From positions 78,182,001-78,246,000 of the forward strand of contig NC_043005.1 of NCBI RefSeq assembly GCF_006345805.1: DNA of 64,000 nt, read 5' to 3'. Source of the DNA: Octopus sinensis. Lineage: Eukaryota. Position numbers and translations under genes: made by a program. The notes beneath the pieces were generated by a model that made no database searches, was not told the origin of the DNA, and worked only from the letters and a program-made list of their open reading frames with translations. Of the stretch, positions 11,073 through 24,125 are shown piece by piece; within the stretch, counting starts at the first letter, position 1; each line of letters starts with the position of its first letter.

Positions 11073-11862
11073 AATGTTCTTTTTCTTTTTTTTTTTTTGA
11101 GGAAACTCATCGAATTATTGCCGCTGAGGCAACAATATTTCGCTTTCCTTTTGCAGAAACTAATATTCAATGTAACCATAATTATACCGTTAGATATTAC
11201 TGTATGATTTAAGGATCCTAAACATAATGTGTTTTCTCCATTGACATGATTAGCAAAACAGCAGAACAACGTATGCAATTTGCTGTAATCATTCATGTCT
11301 TTTTCACATTCTAGATTGCAGCAAGCAGCTCCACTGACTCAGGAGTCAAAATAATTATAATTTATCACGTTGAAGAGAAATCCCTAATTTGAGAGATAGC
11401 AGTTACTGTGGGACACATCTACTCTTTACATGACCGAAATTATTAGGAAACGAACGTCATAAATTCTCATATCGAACATAAATCCACAATTTGTTGAACA
11501 GTACATGCATGCGATCGAATCTACCACTTAAAAACATGAAATTATGATGTAACAAATCTATCAAGATAAGATGTCACCAAATTGACTACAACACGATATA
11601 AAGTTGGATGAACGAAGTTAAATGCTCGAAAGTACTTAACCATCTTAACCCTACTTAACCATTTTATCACTTGCTGTGCATTCATTTGAACATCATCTGT
11701 ATAATCTTTTATTCTTTTTCTTGTTTCAGTAATATGAATGCTGCAGCACAAAACTCTTTTCCTTCCTTTCAAGTGACGTACAAATAACACATTCGTCAAC
11801 ATTTCCCCGTTGCGTTTAATCATTACGTTTTTGTTTTAAATATATAATTTCTCCTTATCTAC

Positions 11863-12238
11863 GAGTGGCTGTGTGGTAAGTAGCTTGCTCACCAACCACA
11901 TGGTTCCGGGTTCAGTCCCACTGCGTAGCACCTTGGGCAAGTGACTTCTCCTATAGCCTCGGGCCGACGAAAACCTTGTGAGTGGATTTGGTAGACGGAA
12001 ACTGGAAGAAGCCTGTCGTATATATGTATATATATGTACGTGTGTGTATATGCTTGTGAGTCTGTGTTTGTCACCCCAACATCGCATGACAACCGATGCT
12101 GGTGTGTTTACGTCCCCATAACTTAGCGGTTCGGCAAAAGAGACCGATAGAATAAGTACTAGACTTACAAAAAATAAGTCCTGGGGTCGATTTGCTCGAC
12201 TAAAGGCGGTGCTCCAGCATGGCCACAGTCAAATGACT

Positions 12239-12243
<5 letters not shown>
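11863..12243 (+). mobile_element. tRNA-derived CORE-like SINE family A, near full length
   Basis: GAGTGGCTGTGTGGTAAG (A box), GGTTCAGTCCC (B-box-like), CACCTTGGGCAAGT core-like motif; followed by (GATA)n. Confidence 0.9.
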
Positions 12244-12305
<62 letters not shown>

Positions 12306-12905
12306 TAATTTACGCTTCCTAAATTTCATATACCGAAAAATGTACTTATACAGGAAAGCGTTTTACGATACAGAATTACTTCATAGCAGTATGGTAATAT
12401 GGTAATACAGGATAATATGCTGCTAGATATTTTAATATAACTTCAGGATATCTCAATATTTCCCAGTTATCCCCAAAGGAAATGTTTTTTTTTTCCCCCT
12501 GATGTTTCCAAAACGGAAGATTGCAAGCATATATATAACGTGGTTGCACTTTTCGTAGTCTCGGCTTTGGAATCAAAGCGGAAGATATATATTATATGCG
12601 CATATATTTTGTAGTCGCTTAGAGAACATATATTCTTATATTGCAAAAGATAAAAACAAAAGTACTACTTATTGAGACTACACACACACATACACACACA
12701 CGCGCGCACACGTACGTGTTTGTGTATACACATATATACATACACGCTCGCACATGTATCTACATATATGTATCTATCTATTCATCTCCCTATCTATCTA
12801 TCAGTCTCATTATCTATCTATCTATTTACACACACACACGTACACACATATATGTACATATGTGTGTGTGTTTGTGTGTATACATGTAACTATATATATA
12901 TATAT

Positions 12906-13035
<130 letters not shown>

Positions 13036-13151
13036 TAGATATGTGTTTGTGTGTGTACATATATGTATGTGTGTGTGTGTTCGTGTGCGTTTGTGTGCAT
13101 TTCTGGGTGTATGTATGTATGTATGCGTGTATATCTATATCTATATATGTA

Positions 13152-14414
13152 TTAGGTTGTCAAGAAAGTTCTTGCGGTTTATAACATTTAAATTCAGATG
13201 CACATATCTCGGCTCAAGCAAAACTTTATTAACCGAAATAAACTGCATCAAAATCAACACTCTTTTGCCAACCCGAAACAACTTTATGCCAGTAGCGTAA
13301 AAATTCTGCGTTCTGGTGGCGATGAAATCGTTGAAGGCATGTTTGGCATCGTCTTGGTTTTTGAAGTATTTATCCGGCAGGAGGTTGTCGAGATGCTTGA
13401 AAAAGTAGTAGTTGGTAGGCGAGAGGTCTGGTGAGTATGGTGGATGAGGTAGAGTGTCGTAGCCCGATTCGTTCAACTTCTGCAGGGTCAGTTGTGTGAC
13501 GTGCGGCCGGGCGATGTCGTGGAGAAGAATTGGTCCTTTTCTATTGACAAATGCTGGCTGTTGTCGGAGTTTCTTATGCATTTCATCCATTTCCTGACAG
13601 TACTTCTCCGCCGTGATGGTTTCGCCTGGATCCATAAAGTTGTGATGGATGAGACCGTCCGCAGACCACCAAATAGTCACTATGAGATTCTTTTGGTGCA
13701 ACTTTGGCTTCGGGAAATGCCGTAGAACTTAGTCGGCGTCCAACTATTGAGCTGAGCGTCCAGTTGTTGTAAAGAATCCACTTTTTATCGCAAGTCACAA
13801 TCCGGTCGAAAGGGAAGACGACACTTCAAAACGGCGTTTTTTTTCTTTTCTTTTTTCATTTTTTTTTGGGGGGGGGAGGTCGTTCAATTCATGCGGCACC
13901 CATTTCTCAAGTATTTTTCTTTTTCCAATCTCTTTCAAGTGGTTGGAGATTACCGTATACGTTACGTCTAATTCGAGCAGTTATGCGTGGATTCGCTTCC
14001 ACTAAGGCTCTTAGTTGATCGTTGTCAACATCCGATGGCCGACCACAACGCATTTCATCTTCAAGGCTCTCGTCACCGCTACGAAATTTCTTGAATTACT
14101 ATTGTGCTGTACGTTCATTTGTGGTTCCTGGGCCAAACGCATCATTGATATCGCGAGCTGTTTCAGCGGTTTTTCGGCCTAGCTTGAACTGGAATAAGAA
14201 AATTGTGCGAATTTGCTTTTTGACCATGTTGTATTCAAAGTTCCGGAAAAATGGCCTAATTATTCAAAAAGTAATAGAGTAACACGATTAGATAGAGCGA
14301 AAAGCGGGCTTTAAATCATATATAAAGTCAAACTGATTTAACGAAAATTAATTTGAAAATACATCCTTTAAAACCAAAATTTAAAATTCTGCAAGAACTT
14401 TCTTGAAAACCTAA
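13152..14414 (-). mobile_element. Full-length decayed mariner, Hsmar1-like (cecropia-type)
   Basis: 26-bp TIRs TTAGGTT(G/T)TCAAGAAAGTTCTTGC(G/A)G, 24/26 match; TA on both flanks; 1263 bp. Confidence 0.95.
13230..14227 (-). pseudogene. Mariner transposase pseudogene
   Basis: MVKKQIRTIFLFQFKLGRK..., WVPHELN, TCDKKW, LLHDIARPH, YSPDLSPTNY; stops, frameshifts and a homopolymer insertion near 13845-13880. Confidence 0.92.
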
Positions 14415-14742
14415 TATATATGTACGTGATATAATATGTATGCATGTGTGTGTGTGTGAATATGTTTATGTGTGTAAATTGATATGTTATGGAGCGGTTA
14501 TGAAGTTTTACATGGGTAAATTTAAATTTCAAAAGAACACAACGAGAATATTTTGAGGACACATTTATTCCTGATCAGAATGTTCTTAGAATCCAGCAGG
14601 TCATCCTACGAGCTATATCGGCCTTATTATTGATGTGGGCACTCCGGCTGATATTGTTACATATGTTTATCTATCTTATCTATATATACACTCACACAAC
14701 ACCACAAACACACACACATATATGTACATATATATGCGTATG

Positions 14743-14805
<63 letters not shown>

Positions 14806-14964
14806 ACATTAAATATATGTGTGTGTGTACGCTGCAAGTAATGCATTAAAACAATTGAAAGGTGTCAATAAACTTTTATTAATCTTATCTCTTTCTCTCA
14901 TGTTTTATATAAATATATATATGGTTTTATATATATGTATGTATTTATGTATGTATGTATGTAT

Positions 14965-15024
<60 letters not shown>

Positions 15025-15313
15025 TAGTATGTATGCACGTAGATACGAAGAGTGAAAGCGAGTGATAGAGATTTCTGCAATTATTGAAGATAAAACATTC
15101 ATTGTGTGGAATATATTCTAAGATCAAAAATAAATATATTAATATATATACATTATAAACATGGATTGCATTCTGAAGCTGAATCTATAAAATTTCAGCT
15201 TCAAAATTAATACTATGGATGCCATTTCCGGTATGGAGTTTGTTAATCTAGATTGCAAAAGTAAGCTTTTGCCATATTATGCATTTACATATATGTATAT
15301 GTATGTATGTATG

Positions 15314-15345
<32 letters not shown>

Positions 15346-15462
15346 AATATATATACATGCATATAACACATACATATATATGTACATATATATATATACA
15401 TATATACATATAATATATATGTATATATATATATATATATTATATATATATATAAATATATG

Positions 15463-15500
<38 letters not shown>

Positions 15501-17187
15501 AGTATATAGACATTTATGTATATTATATATATTATATATATATATATGCATTATATTTATTAAGATTTATATGTATGTATGTGTCTGTGTTCTGGTGAGG
15601 TTTGTACCTATATGCATATACGTAACCGGAACTCCTTTCCTTTACCGCTTTCCTTAACTAATTCAAAGCTCGCATGGTGTGAGCTTTTAACGGATGTTGC
15701 CTGGATGAAGTAATGAACGAATTCAACCATTTCTCGGATAAAATAGGAAGTATAAGAGAGAGGAACACCGATGGAAGGGTAGAATGGGAAGGAGAAAGAA
15801 TCATTCGAAGAGTGGAAGAAAGAAACACAGAAAAAGGGGTGGAGAGAAAGAGGGAGATATATATATATACACACATAGCCAGACAGATAGAAAAATAGAT
15901 AGATAGATGGATGGATAGATAGATAGATAGATAGATAGGGTTTTAATGTAGAAAATTATTACCTGCATACATGTAAAAAGAAGAGGCTACTTCAAATTTT
16001 CAGATGATTAACAATGAAGTACATATATATATATATATATATGTATGCATGCATGTATGTATGTATGTATGTATGCATTAAAGATGTATGCAAGTATGTA
16101 TGTCTATATACATTCCCATAAAAAGACGAGATGTCATTTGCAGATTCACATACATATATGTGATAGGTGTGTAAGTAGGAAGGCGGTTTCAAAGATAAAT
16201 AGATAGATAGATAGATAGATATCACCTAAGTGTCCCTAACAGTAAAATTTCTTTCAAATCATTAAGAGAAGACATATTAAACAATATAGTTCTGTACATA
16301 TGAGAAGGTGTCAATCAATTGTGCGTATGTGTGCGTGCGTGCGCGCATGCATATGTATACATATATTACATTATTATATAAACAAAGCGGAAAACCGCAA
16401 GTGAGGCAGTGTTTCTGCCAGTGTATATAAAAAGATAAAATAAAAGCTTGAGTGATATCGTAGCATCCATTTCTTTCCCAAGAGCATTCTCAGCGTAAAT
16501 GAATTGAAATTATTCATCCGAAATAGAAACTGTATCGCGAAGTCTAGTCGAAACACAAAGAAATTCATATTTCCACACCTATCGCAACAGGTACCTAAAA
16601 TTCATTCATTCTCACCACACCTTCTTCGTTTATTATTTTTTTTCTTTAATCATTAAATCTCGCCCCATTTATATATTTTTAGGCAAAATTGGGAGTGGAG
16701 TGTTTTCTTTTTTCAAAAGGAATCAATATTGAATTTATTAATAAATTTGTTTTGACTGAATAGTAGAGTTTTGTCACGGAAATACACAAGTAGTTATATA
16801 ATAGCAACCGATATTCTGCCTCCTGTTTTTCAATAGCCTTTCTCTCTCAGTAATCCTATACAAGGAATAACGCTTCTTTGTTTACGATTGTCAATGCAAA
16901 ACAAAGAGCCTTTTGTCCTTTGTATTATGTCTTTATCATTTTTCACTCAACGCAATAATTGTATATCAATATGATTGCTCCAGAAATGAAATATTTTCAA
17001 TATCATGTCTGCTTCGATGGCAGTTGAGAGGCTGAATCAATAGAATGCCGGATCAAATGCTGTATCGTTTTCAGTTGTTTCTTTGTATCCGGATTAAAAA
17101 GAAAAGGTTTTATCGCCGTTAATTAAGCGACTATAATTTACTAGAAGCGATTCATCGGACTATAACGTCTTCACTTCCAAATCTGCA

Positions 17188-17188
17188 T

Positions 17189-17236
<48 letters not shown>

Positions 17237-17279
17237 CAGCAGCAGCAGCAGCAGCAGTAGTAGTTGTAGTAGTAGTAGT

Positions 17280-17338
<59 letters not shown>

Positions 17339-17405
17339 CAACAGCAGCAGCAGTAGTAGTTGTAGTAGTAGTAGTATTAGTAGTAGTAGTAGTAGTTGAT
17401 GATGA
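17188..17405. repeat. (AGT)n/(AGC)n compound microsatellite
   Basis: Direct tandem repeat. Confidence 0.95.
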
Positions 17406-17498
17406 TGTTTACCACCGGTTCAGCCCTGATGAAGCATACCTACTAATGTTGAAAGGCATTCCACTTGTGACCATCCCTACAAGCTACTTTATCAAATA

Positions 17499-18722
17499 TC
17501 GGGTTGTCCGGAAAATTCGTGCCGATTTATAGTAGCTTAACTTTCGACTTATTTTAGAACGTGGTTGAGTCCATAAAATAGGATTTGACTACACCTCCAT
17601 TTAGAGCACAGTTTAAGCTATCTTTTCGTGGAAGAAGGTTTATGTTCCTATAATCTGTGTTAATTCTGTAGCCCTTTAAAATGGAAGATAAGAAAATTCA
17701 TTTTCGGCACACTTCCGTAAAGGGGAAAATGCTTCACAAGCAACCAAAGAAATATGCGTAGTTTACGGTGATGTTTCTTTATCCGAAATAACTGTACGGA
17801 AGTGATCCGCAAGGTTCCGAGCTGGAGATTATAGCCTTATTGATAAAGAGCGATCAGACAGACCATCCACTACAGTTTATGACCAAATCAAGTCAATAAT
17901 TGAGAATAACACACATTGCACAACCCTAGAATTGGCACAAAGCCTCAACCTATCAAAATACGTTCATGAGCACCTGGTAAAGCTTGGGTACACAAATCGC
18001 TACGATGTTTGGGTACCACATGAGTTGAGTGAGAAGAACCTTTTGGATCGCATTTCCATCTGTGATTCGCTTTATAAGTGGAATGAAGACGCGCCTTTTT
18101 TAAAGCAAATTGTGACAGGTGATGAGAAATGTATTATCCACCGAAATTAGCCACCCCAAAAGCGGGTCTTAACCCTATAAAATCTTGCTTTGTGTCTTGT
18201 GGGATTGGAAAGGAATTCTGAACTATGAGCTTCTCCCAAGTAACCAGACAATTAATTCTGAGAAATACTGCACACAATTGGACGAGTTAAAAGCAGCAAT
18301 TCAAGAGAAACGTCCAGAATTGGCCAACAGGAAGGGTGTTGTTTTCCAACATGATAATACAAGACAGCACGTTTCTTTGGGAACCAAACAAAAATTGCTG
18401 TACCTCGGCTGGGATGTGTTACCCCACCATCTATATTCACCAGATATTGCTCCTTCGGATGTCCACTCATTCAGGCCTCTGCAGAATAGTCTTAATGGTA
18501 AAAATATCAATTCATTGGATGACGTAAAAAGGCACCTTGATGAATTCTTTGCCATGACACCACCTCAATTCTGGGAAGAGGGTATTTTCAAGTTAAAGGA
18601 AAAATGGAGACGCATTTTGTAACAAAATGGTTCATATTTAGTTGATTAAAAATGTAATGGCAAGTATTTATTGACCTCTTTCTTTCCTTTAAAAATCGGC
18701 ACGAACTTTCCGGACAACCCTA
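17499..18722 (+). mobile_element. Full-length decayed mariner, mellifera-type
   Basis: 30-bp TIRs T(C/A)GGGTTGTCCGGAAA(A/G)TTCGTGCCGATTT, 28/30 match; TA on both flanks; 1224 bp. Confidence 0.95.
17681..18648 (+). pseudogene. Mariner transposase pseudogene (D34D)
   Basis: MEDKKIHFRH..., WVPHEL, TGDEK, FQHDN-34 aa-D in YSPDIAPSD; frameshifts and stops. Confidence 0.92.
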
Positions 18723-19751
18723 TACATATTTTAAAACTTCATGGTATGATTTGAAGAAGAGTTGGGTTTTATTCCTAGCAGTTTAAGAGCCCCGATAGAG
18801 ATATTCACGTTATCTCATAAAATACATGGTTTTTACACCAGCGCAGAAATCCAAAGCATAGACCGCAGGGCATTGTGTTCGACGCACAAACGATTCTATT
18901 AAATCGCCGTCTTGAATTTGCCAAATTATAAAACCATTATATTATGCATGTTTCGGAAAATATAGCGAAATGGCAAAAGCATATTTTCCAGAAATTTAAT
19001 TTCCTGATTGTGTCTTAGTGTACCCTTTATTTTCCTATTTCCATGCTGATATTAAACCGGCTTTACTTATTTTTCAGTTTGACGATGTAACTTTCCCAGG
19101 TTTAAATTGAGAACCATCTCTACCCAAATTGCTGCCGCTGGGCAAAAAAATGATCGTCGTGTACAAAGTCAGGCAATCAGTTGTATCGAAAGGCAATATA
19201 TAGACAACAATATACTGCATGGTGTTTGCATATTTTTGTTTGATCTCGGGAGAAGGAGAACGGGGTTCCGCTTTAGTTCTAATCTAGATAAAAGGTTGCA
19301 TGTTGTGTACTTAATTCCCATCATCTAATCACACATACAGTGAATGTTATAGATTATTATATTATTATGTTATACGATATTATATTGCACTGTATTGTCT
19401 TGGCCTTTTTAGTATCAGCAGCTCCAGAGGCTTGGAATATTATTCTATCTAATTATGAACAAGTTCATTAAAAGAAAAGACCGTGGATATTTCCGTTGTT
19501 AGTCAATTAGCGATTTTTTATTGCGATCGAAAGGACACGCTCGCTCAGTGTGTGTGTGTGCTGGGGGTGTACGTGTCTGTTTGTGTGTTCGCGTATGTGC
19601 GTGCGCGCGCGTATGTGTGTGCACGCGCGTGTGTGTGCGAATGTAGTGTTGTGTTGAAGATAATGAGATTGTATGTTTGTTGCTATTTGCCTAATTGGAA
19701 TGCGTCTTATTTTCATCCCCATTACGGTATGTGTGTGTGTATATATATACA

Positions 19752-19787
<36 letters not shown>

Positions 19788-19896
19788 TGTATGTATGTAT
19801 GTATGTATGCATATATGTGTTTGTATCATGTATGTATAATATACATATATACTATATAATATATTATATATACACATGCATCTATATATATGCATG

Positions 19897-19939
<43 letters not shown>

Positions 19940-20288
19940 GATATACGTATATCTACATAGGCACACATATATATATATATGTGTATGTATATATATATAT
20001 ATATGTGCATGTATGTATGTATGTATGTATGTATGTATGTATGTATGTATGTATGTATGTATGTATGTATATACAGTGTTGAATAAACAGTGTGAGATAT
20101 GACGGTAGTGTGATTAAATTGATCGTTTGCTTTTACAGTTCCATCAGATGAAATGTGTTTATATCATAGCATGCGCGACAATTTATGAATCAATGGATGG
20201 TCAGGAACTTTCGTACATTCATACGAAACATGACAGACAGAGAAAAAGAGATTTAGGAAATTTAAAGCAGAGAGAGAGGGAGAGAGAA

Positions 20289-20347
<59 letters not shown>

Positions 20348-20406
20348 AAGACAAACAGAAATAGAGACAACGAGCATGCGTACGTTTATATGTTTAACAA
20401 TATATA

Positions 20407-20795
20407 GGCGTAGGAGTGGATGTGTGGTAAGTAGCTTGCTTAATAACCACATGGTTCCGAATCCAGTCCCACTGCGTGGCACCTTGGACAAATGTCTTCT
20501 ACTATAGCCTCGGACCGACCAAAGCCTTCTGAGTGGATTTGATATACGGAAACTGAAAAAAACACGTCATTTATATGTATATATATATGTATGTGTTTGT
20601 GTATCTGTTTGTCCCCCCAATATTGCTTGACAATCGATGCTGGTATGTTTACATCCTCGTAACTTAGCGGTTCGGCAAAAGAGACCGATAGAATAAGTAC
20701 TAGGCCTACAAAGAATAAGTCCTGGAGTCGATTTGCTCGACTAAAGGCGGTGCTCCAGCATGGGCACAGTTAAATGACTGAAAGAGGTAAATGAA
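20407..20795 (+). mobile_element. SINE family A, near full length
   Basis: Collinear with 11863-12243. Confidence 0.9.
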
Positions 20796-20994
20796 TAATA
20801 GAGAATATATTCGCAACAAATGGGATCTTTCAAAACGAGTTGCCCAACATCTTTCCTCCGTGACCTTGAAGTTCCTAATGAAGTTATAAAAGTACCATTG
20901 TGGCGTATATATGGAGTATTTGGAGCATTTTAAACAAAGTAGAGTCCATCCTTCTCCTGATTTATTAAAGTCGAATTCTTCGCCAGGGAAAAGG

Positions 20995-21090
20995 ATAGTG
21001 GAACCTAGTATTGAAATGGTACTTTATTTATCGATCTTGAAAAGATGAAAGGCGAAGTTAACCTCAATGGTATTTGAACTCATAGCAGCG
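20995..21090 (-). mobile_element. SINE family C, partial
   Basis: GGTACTTTATTTATCGAT...GATGAAAGGCGAAGTTAACCTC...TTTGAACTC. Confidence 0.6.
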
Positions 21091-21235
21091 AGAGTACGCT
21101 TGATGATGGCTCCGTTTGCTTTTAGTTATGATTTCAAATCTTCCACAAGTTTACAAGTAATCATCAGCCATCAGTAATCCTCAGCTATGTCTAGTAGTGG
21201 GTTTCCCAAGAGTCTCCTGTTTCATATGTGTTGTG

Positions 21236-21423
21236 CTGTTCTTAAGCAACAAGACGGGTAAGGGTGATTAGGTGATGGTCTAGGGCTTAGGGGCGAGAGA
21301 CCCCAGACCTTGGAAGAAAAAAGTCGTCTTGTTGTAGTCGAGGGCTCTACGTTGACGCCCGACACCACTGGGAGGTGGCCCTCGAAGTCGCTGGAAATCT
21401 CCAGGTCCAAATTCTTGGACGGC
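21236..21423 (-). mobile_element. Short retroposon family D, copy 2, with 11-bp TSD
   Basis: TATGTGTTGTG at 21225-21235 and 21424-21434; collinear with 2168-2356. Confidence 0.85.
21338..21423 (-). ncRNA. Candidate HDV-like ribozyme, copy 2
   Basis: P1 GCC^CGAC/GTCGGGC fully Watson-Crick; P2 8 bp; P3 CAC/GTG; J4/2 CGTAGA. Confidence 0.55.
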
Positions 21424-22585
21424 TATGTGTTGTGATGTATGCATATACTCAACCAGGTTCTTGTTTCCAGTTTATTCTTTGATATCACCTGTCCAAAAGC
21501 GTCTTTTTCAACATTTTGCTCTCTTCCTATCTTAGCTTCTTGCCAGGATGGTCTTTGGCAATGATCTATGCATCTTATGTCAAAAAGGTAGCACATCATA
21601 TGTCCAAAATATGATAGTTTTGTGAACTTGATTATCGACAATAGGTGTCTTTGGACTTTCACCTTTTCTAGTACTACAGCGTTCGTTACGATATTTCCAG
21701 CATATTCTGCCCAATCTAAGAAAGATTCACACCTCAAAGGCATCTACCTTATTTTTCATTGCCTCTTTTTGTTCTCCAAGTTTCTGTTATGTAGAGTAAG
21801 ATTGGCATAATATAGTAGTTTACTAGCCTCTCTTTTTGGGTATGATGTTCTGAGTTTTGCGATGAAGTTCTTTTCTCTTCAAAATTCGTTGCGTCTCATA
21901 GATTACACAAAAAATATACTTTCTTTATTTTGTATTCTCAGTATCCAGCATGCTACATCTATCGGTGAATAAGAAATACAGATGAATCTAAATAATAATA
22001 CGATTTCTTTAATGTTTTAACAAATTACTCTCCACCAGTTTATCGAGTAATTTCGTCGATTTTGCCTACTACTTACTGTACAGTTTTTTAAATTCTTTTT
22101 CCACTTATCTCGAAATAAAAAATCTGATATAATTGGAAGAATAATTCTTAAGTATTTCTCTTTATCGATACTTTTCTGAGGCAAATCCTTAGTACTGTAT
22201 TTCTTATACACTGTCTATAACCAGTCAACATTTTTTTTCTATTGTCTTATTAAAGATGCGTTAAAATATACCTAATAGCATTTCGGTAATTATCTTGAAA
22301 TGTCAGACAGTTATTTATCAATAGATGAATAGCCGGAAACTTTGGTACATGCGCGCATACAAATATACGTGTGTGTATGTGTGTATGTGTGTTTGCTAAT
22401 GTTGTATGTATTTGTATATGTATAATTTTCTGCAGTTTCTTCTTTATTCAAATATGTTTTATCAAAGGAGTTTCTGTGTTGGAACCTAATATTTTTATTA
22501 AGTCATACATACATATATACATGCACACTAACATATGTATATATATACATATATATATATACATATATATTTATATACATATATG

Positions 22586-22646
<61 letters not shown>

Positions 22647-23066
22647 TTACTTGAATATATATATATTTACTTGAAATATATTGGCCTAACGGCCCTTAAT
22701 GTTTGTCTTCGATTGTTTACTCTGTACGTCCACTCGTTGTTTGTTCGTTCGAAGCTCTAACTCTCCATAAATTTTATATTTCCAAAATTTCTGGATGCTG
22801 CTATTTTATGAAGGTTTCCTATCTTGTCGTTCGAAGCTCGAAATACGGAGTGATTAACAGTCGACAACTGAGGAGGGGTTAAACTTTTTTTAGCATTTTG
22901 TCCCGTACATCTCTCATTATGTGTTTACGTAGCTTTCACTAGTTGGTGATGTCCTATTCTTATTGTATATTTTTTGGTATTTGGTGCTGTACCTATCTCT
23001 TGTATGTTTACGTAATTTCACTCGTTGGTGATGTCCTGTACTTGATGTATTTCATATATATATATA

Positions 23067-23198
23067 TACGATGGGCTTCTTTCAGTTTCATTCTACCAAA
23101 TTCACCCAGAAGGCTCTCGTAGATCCGAAAGTGTCACGCGATGGGACTGAACCTGGAACCATGAGGCTGGGTACCAAACTTCTTACGACACAGCCATA
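23067..23198 (-). mobile_element. SINE family A head fragment
   Basis: GGGCTTCTTTCAGTTTC...GGGACTGAACCTGGAACCATG...ACACAGCCA. Confidence 0.75.
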
Positions 23199-23311
23199 CA
23201 CACACAGATATATACATACATAAATAAATACTACCATCCACAACAAATCACTTTCAGGGCACTTGACCATTTAACATCCTACTACTATCATAGCACCCCC
23301 ACATTCTTATT

Positions 23312-23432
23312 CCTCTTCTTCTTCTTCTTCTTCTTCTTCTTCTTCTTCTTCTTCTTCTTCTCTTCTGCTGCTGCTGCTTCTTCTTCTTCTTCTTCTTCTT
23401 CTTCTTCTTCTTCTTCTTCTGCTTCTTCTTCT
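23312..23432. repeat. (TTC)n/(CTG)n microsatellite
   Basis: Direct tandem repeat. Confidence 0.95.
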
Positions 23433-23591
23433 CTTCCAAGAATTCACAACGACCTCGAACCCACAAGAGTAATCAAGAGAGACAGAGGCAGGAGGCAACA
23501 AAGGAAATGCTCCCTGTATTTGAATACTATGCAAATATTCTTTTAAAGAACTTTTCATATAATTTTTCCAACATTTAATTGTTTTCCATAC

Positions 23592-23633
23592 TTGCAGTTG
23601 AAAAAGTCTCAATGACCGAAACCGGTACTGAAA
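23592..23633 (+). ncRNA. Decayed minimal hammerhead motif in a Penelope-like 3' end
   Basis: TTGCAG-TTGAAAA-A-GTC(TCAAT)GAC-C-GAAA-CCGG-TA-CTGAAA; core mutated. Confidence 0.45.
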
Positions 23634-23680
23634 TGTTTTTTATAGAATTATTTTAGCATTTTCGACCTTGACTTTTTGCC

Positions 23681-23717
<37 letters not shown>

Positions 23718-23946
23718 CGTGATGCATATATGCCATTTGAATATGGCTAACCCATAAGGGTGGATGCTACTGTAGTTTGTAGCCCCAGGAAGATATCTCC
23801 TCCAGCTGGCTATAGACACACTAACTCGCTCTGAGATTTATCATTATATATATATATATATATATATCAACTCGTGTATTCCTTTTCAACCTTCTACACA
23901 CACACACACACACCACACACACACACACATATATATATAGATATAT

Positions 23947-24001
<55 letters not shown>

Positions 24002-24073
24002 TAGATATATATATGTATATATATATATATAAAGTAGGAGTGCTTACTTTTGCAAATGAACACAAGTGACTAC

Positions 24074-24125
<52 letters not shown>

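Larger units (their letters stand above)
21100..21790 (-). mobile_element. RTE-clade LINE 3' remnant interrupted by element D
   Basis: Translation VTNAVVLEKVKVQRHLLSIIKFTKLSYFGHMM resembles the RTE/BovB ORF C-terminus (LxYFGHxMR). Confidence 0.7.

Noticed and set aside
13141-13701. 186-aa ORF as a functional or domesticated transposase (SETMAR-like)
   Set aside because: The N-terminal half has stops and frameshifts, TIRs and TA flanks are intact, and no SET or other fused domain is nearby.
17421-17462. CTGATGA...GAAAGGC as a hammerhead
   Set aside because: No stem III or NUH site; it resembles a different repeat fragment also seen near 33300 and 52150.
20821-21000. Open frames on both strands (e.g. 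LRDLEVPNEVIKVPLWRIYGVFGAF)
   Set aside because: Short, unrecognised, no splice support; compatible with chance.
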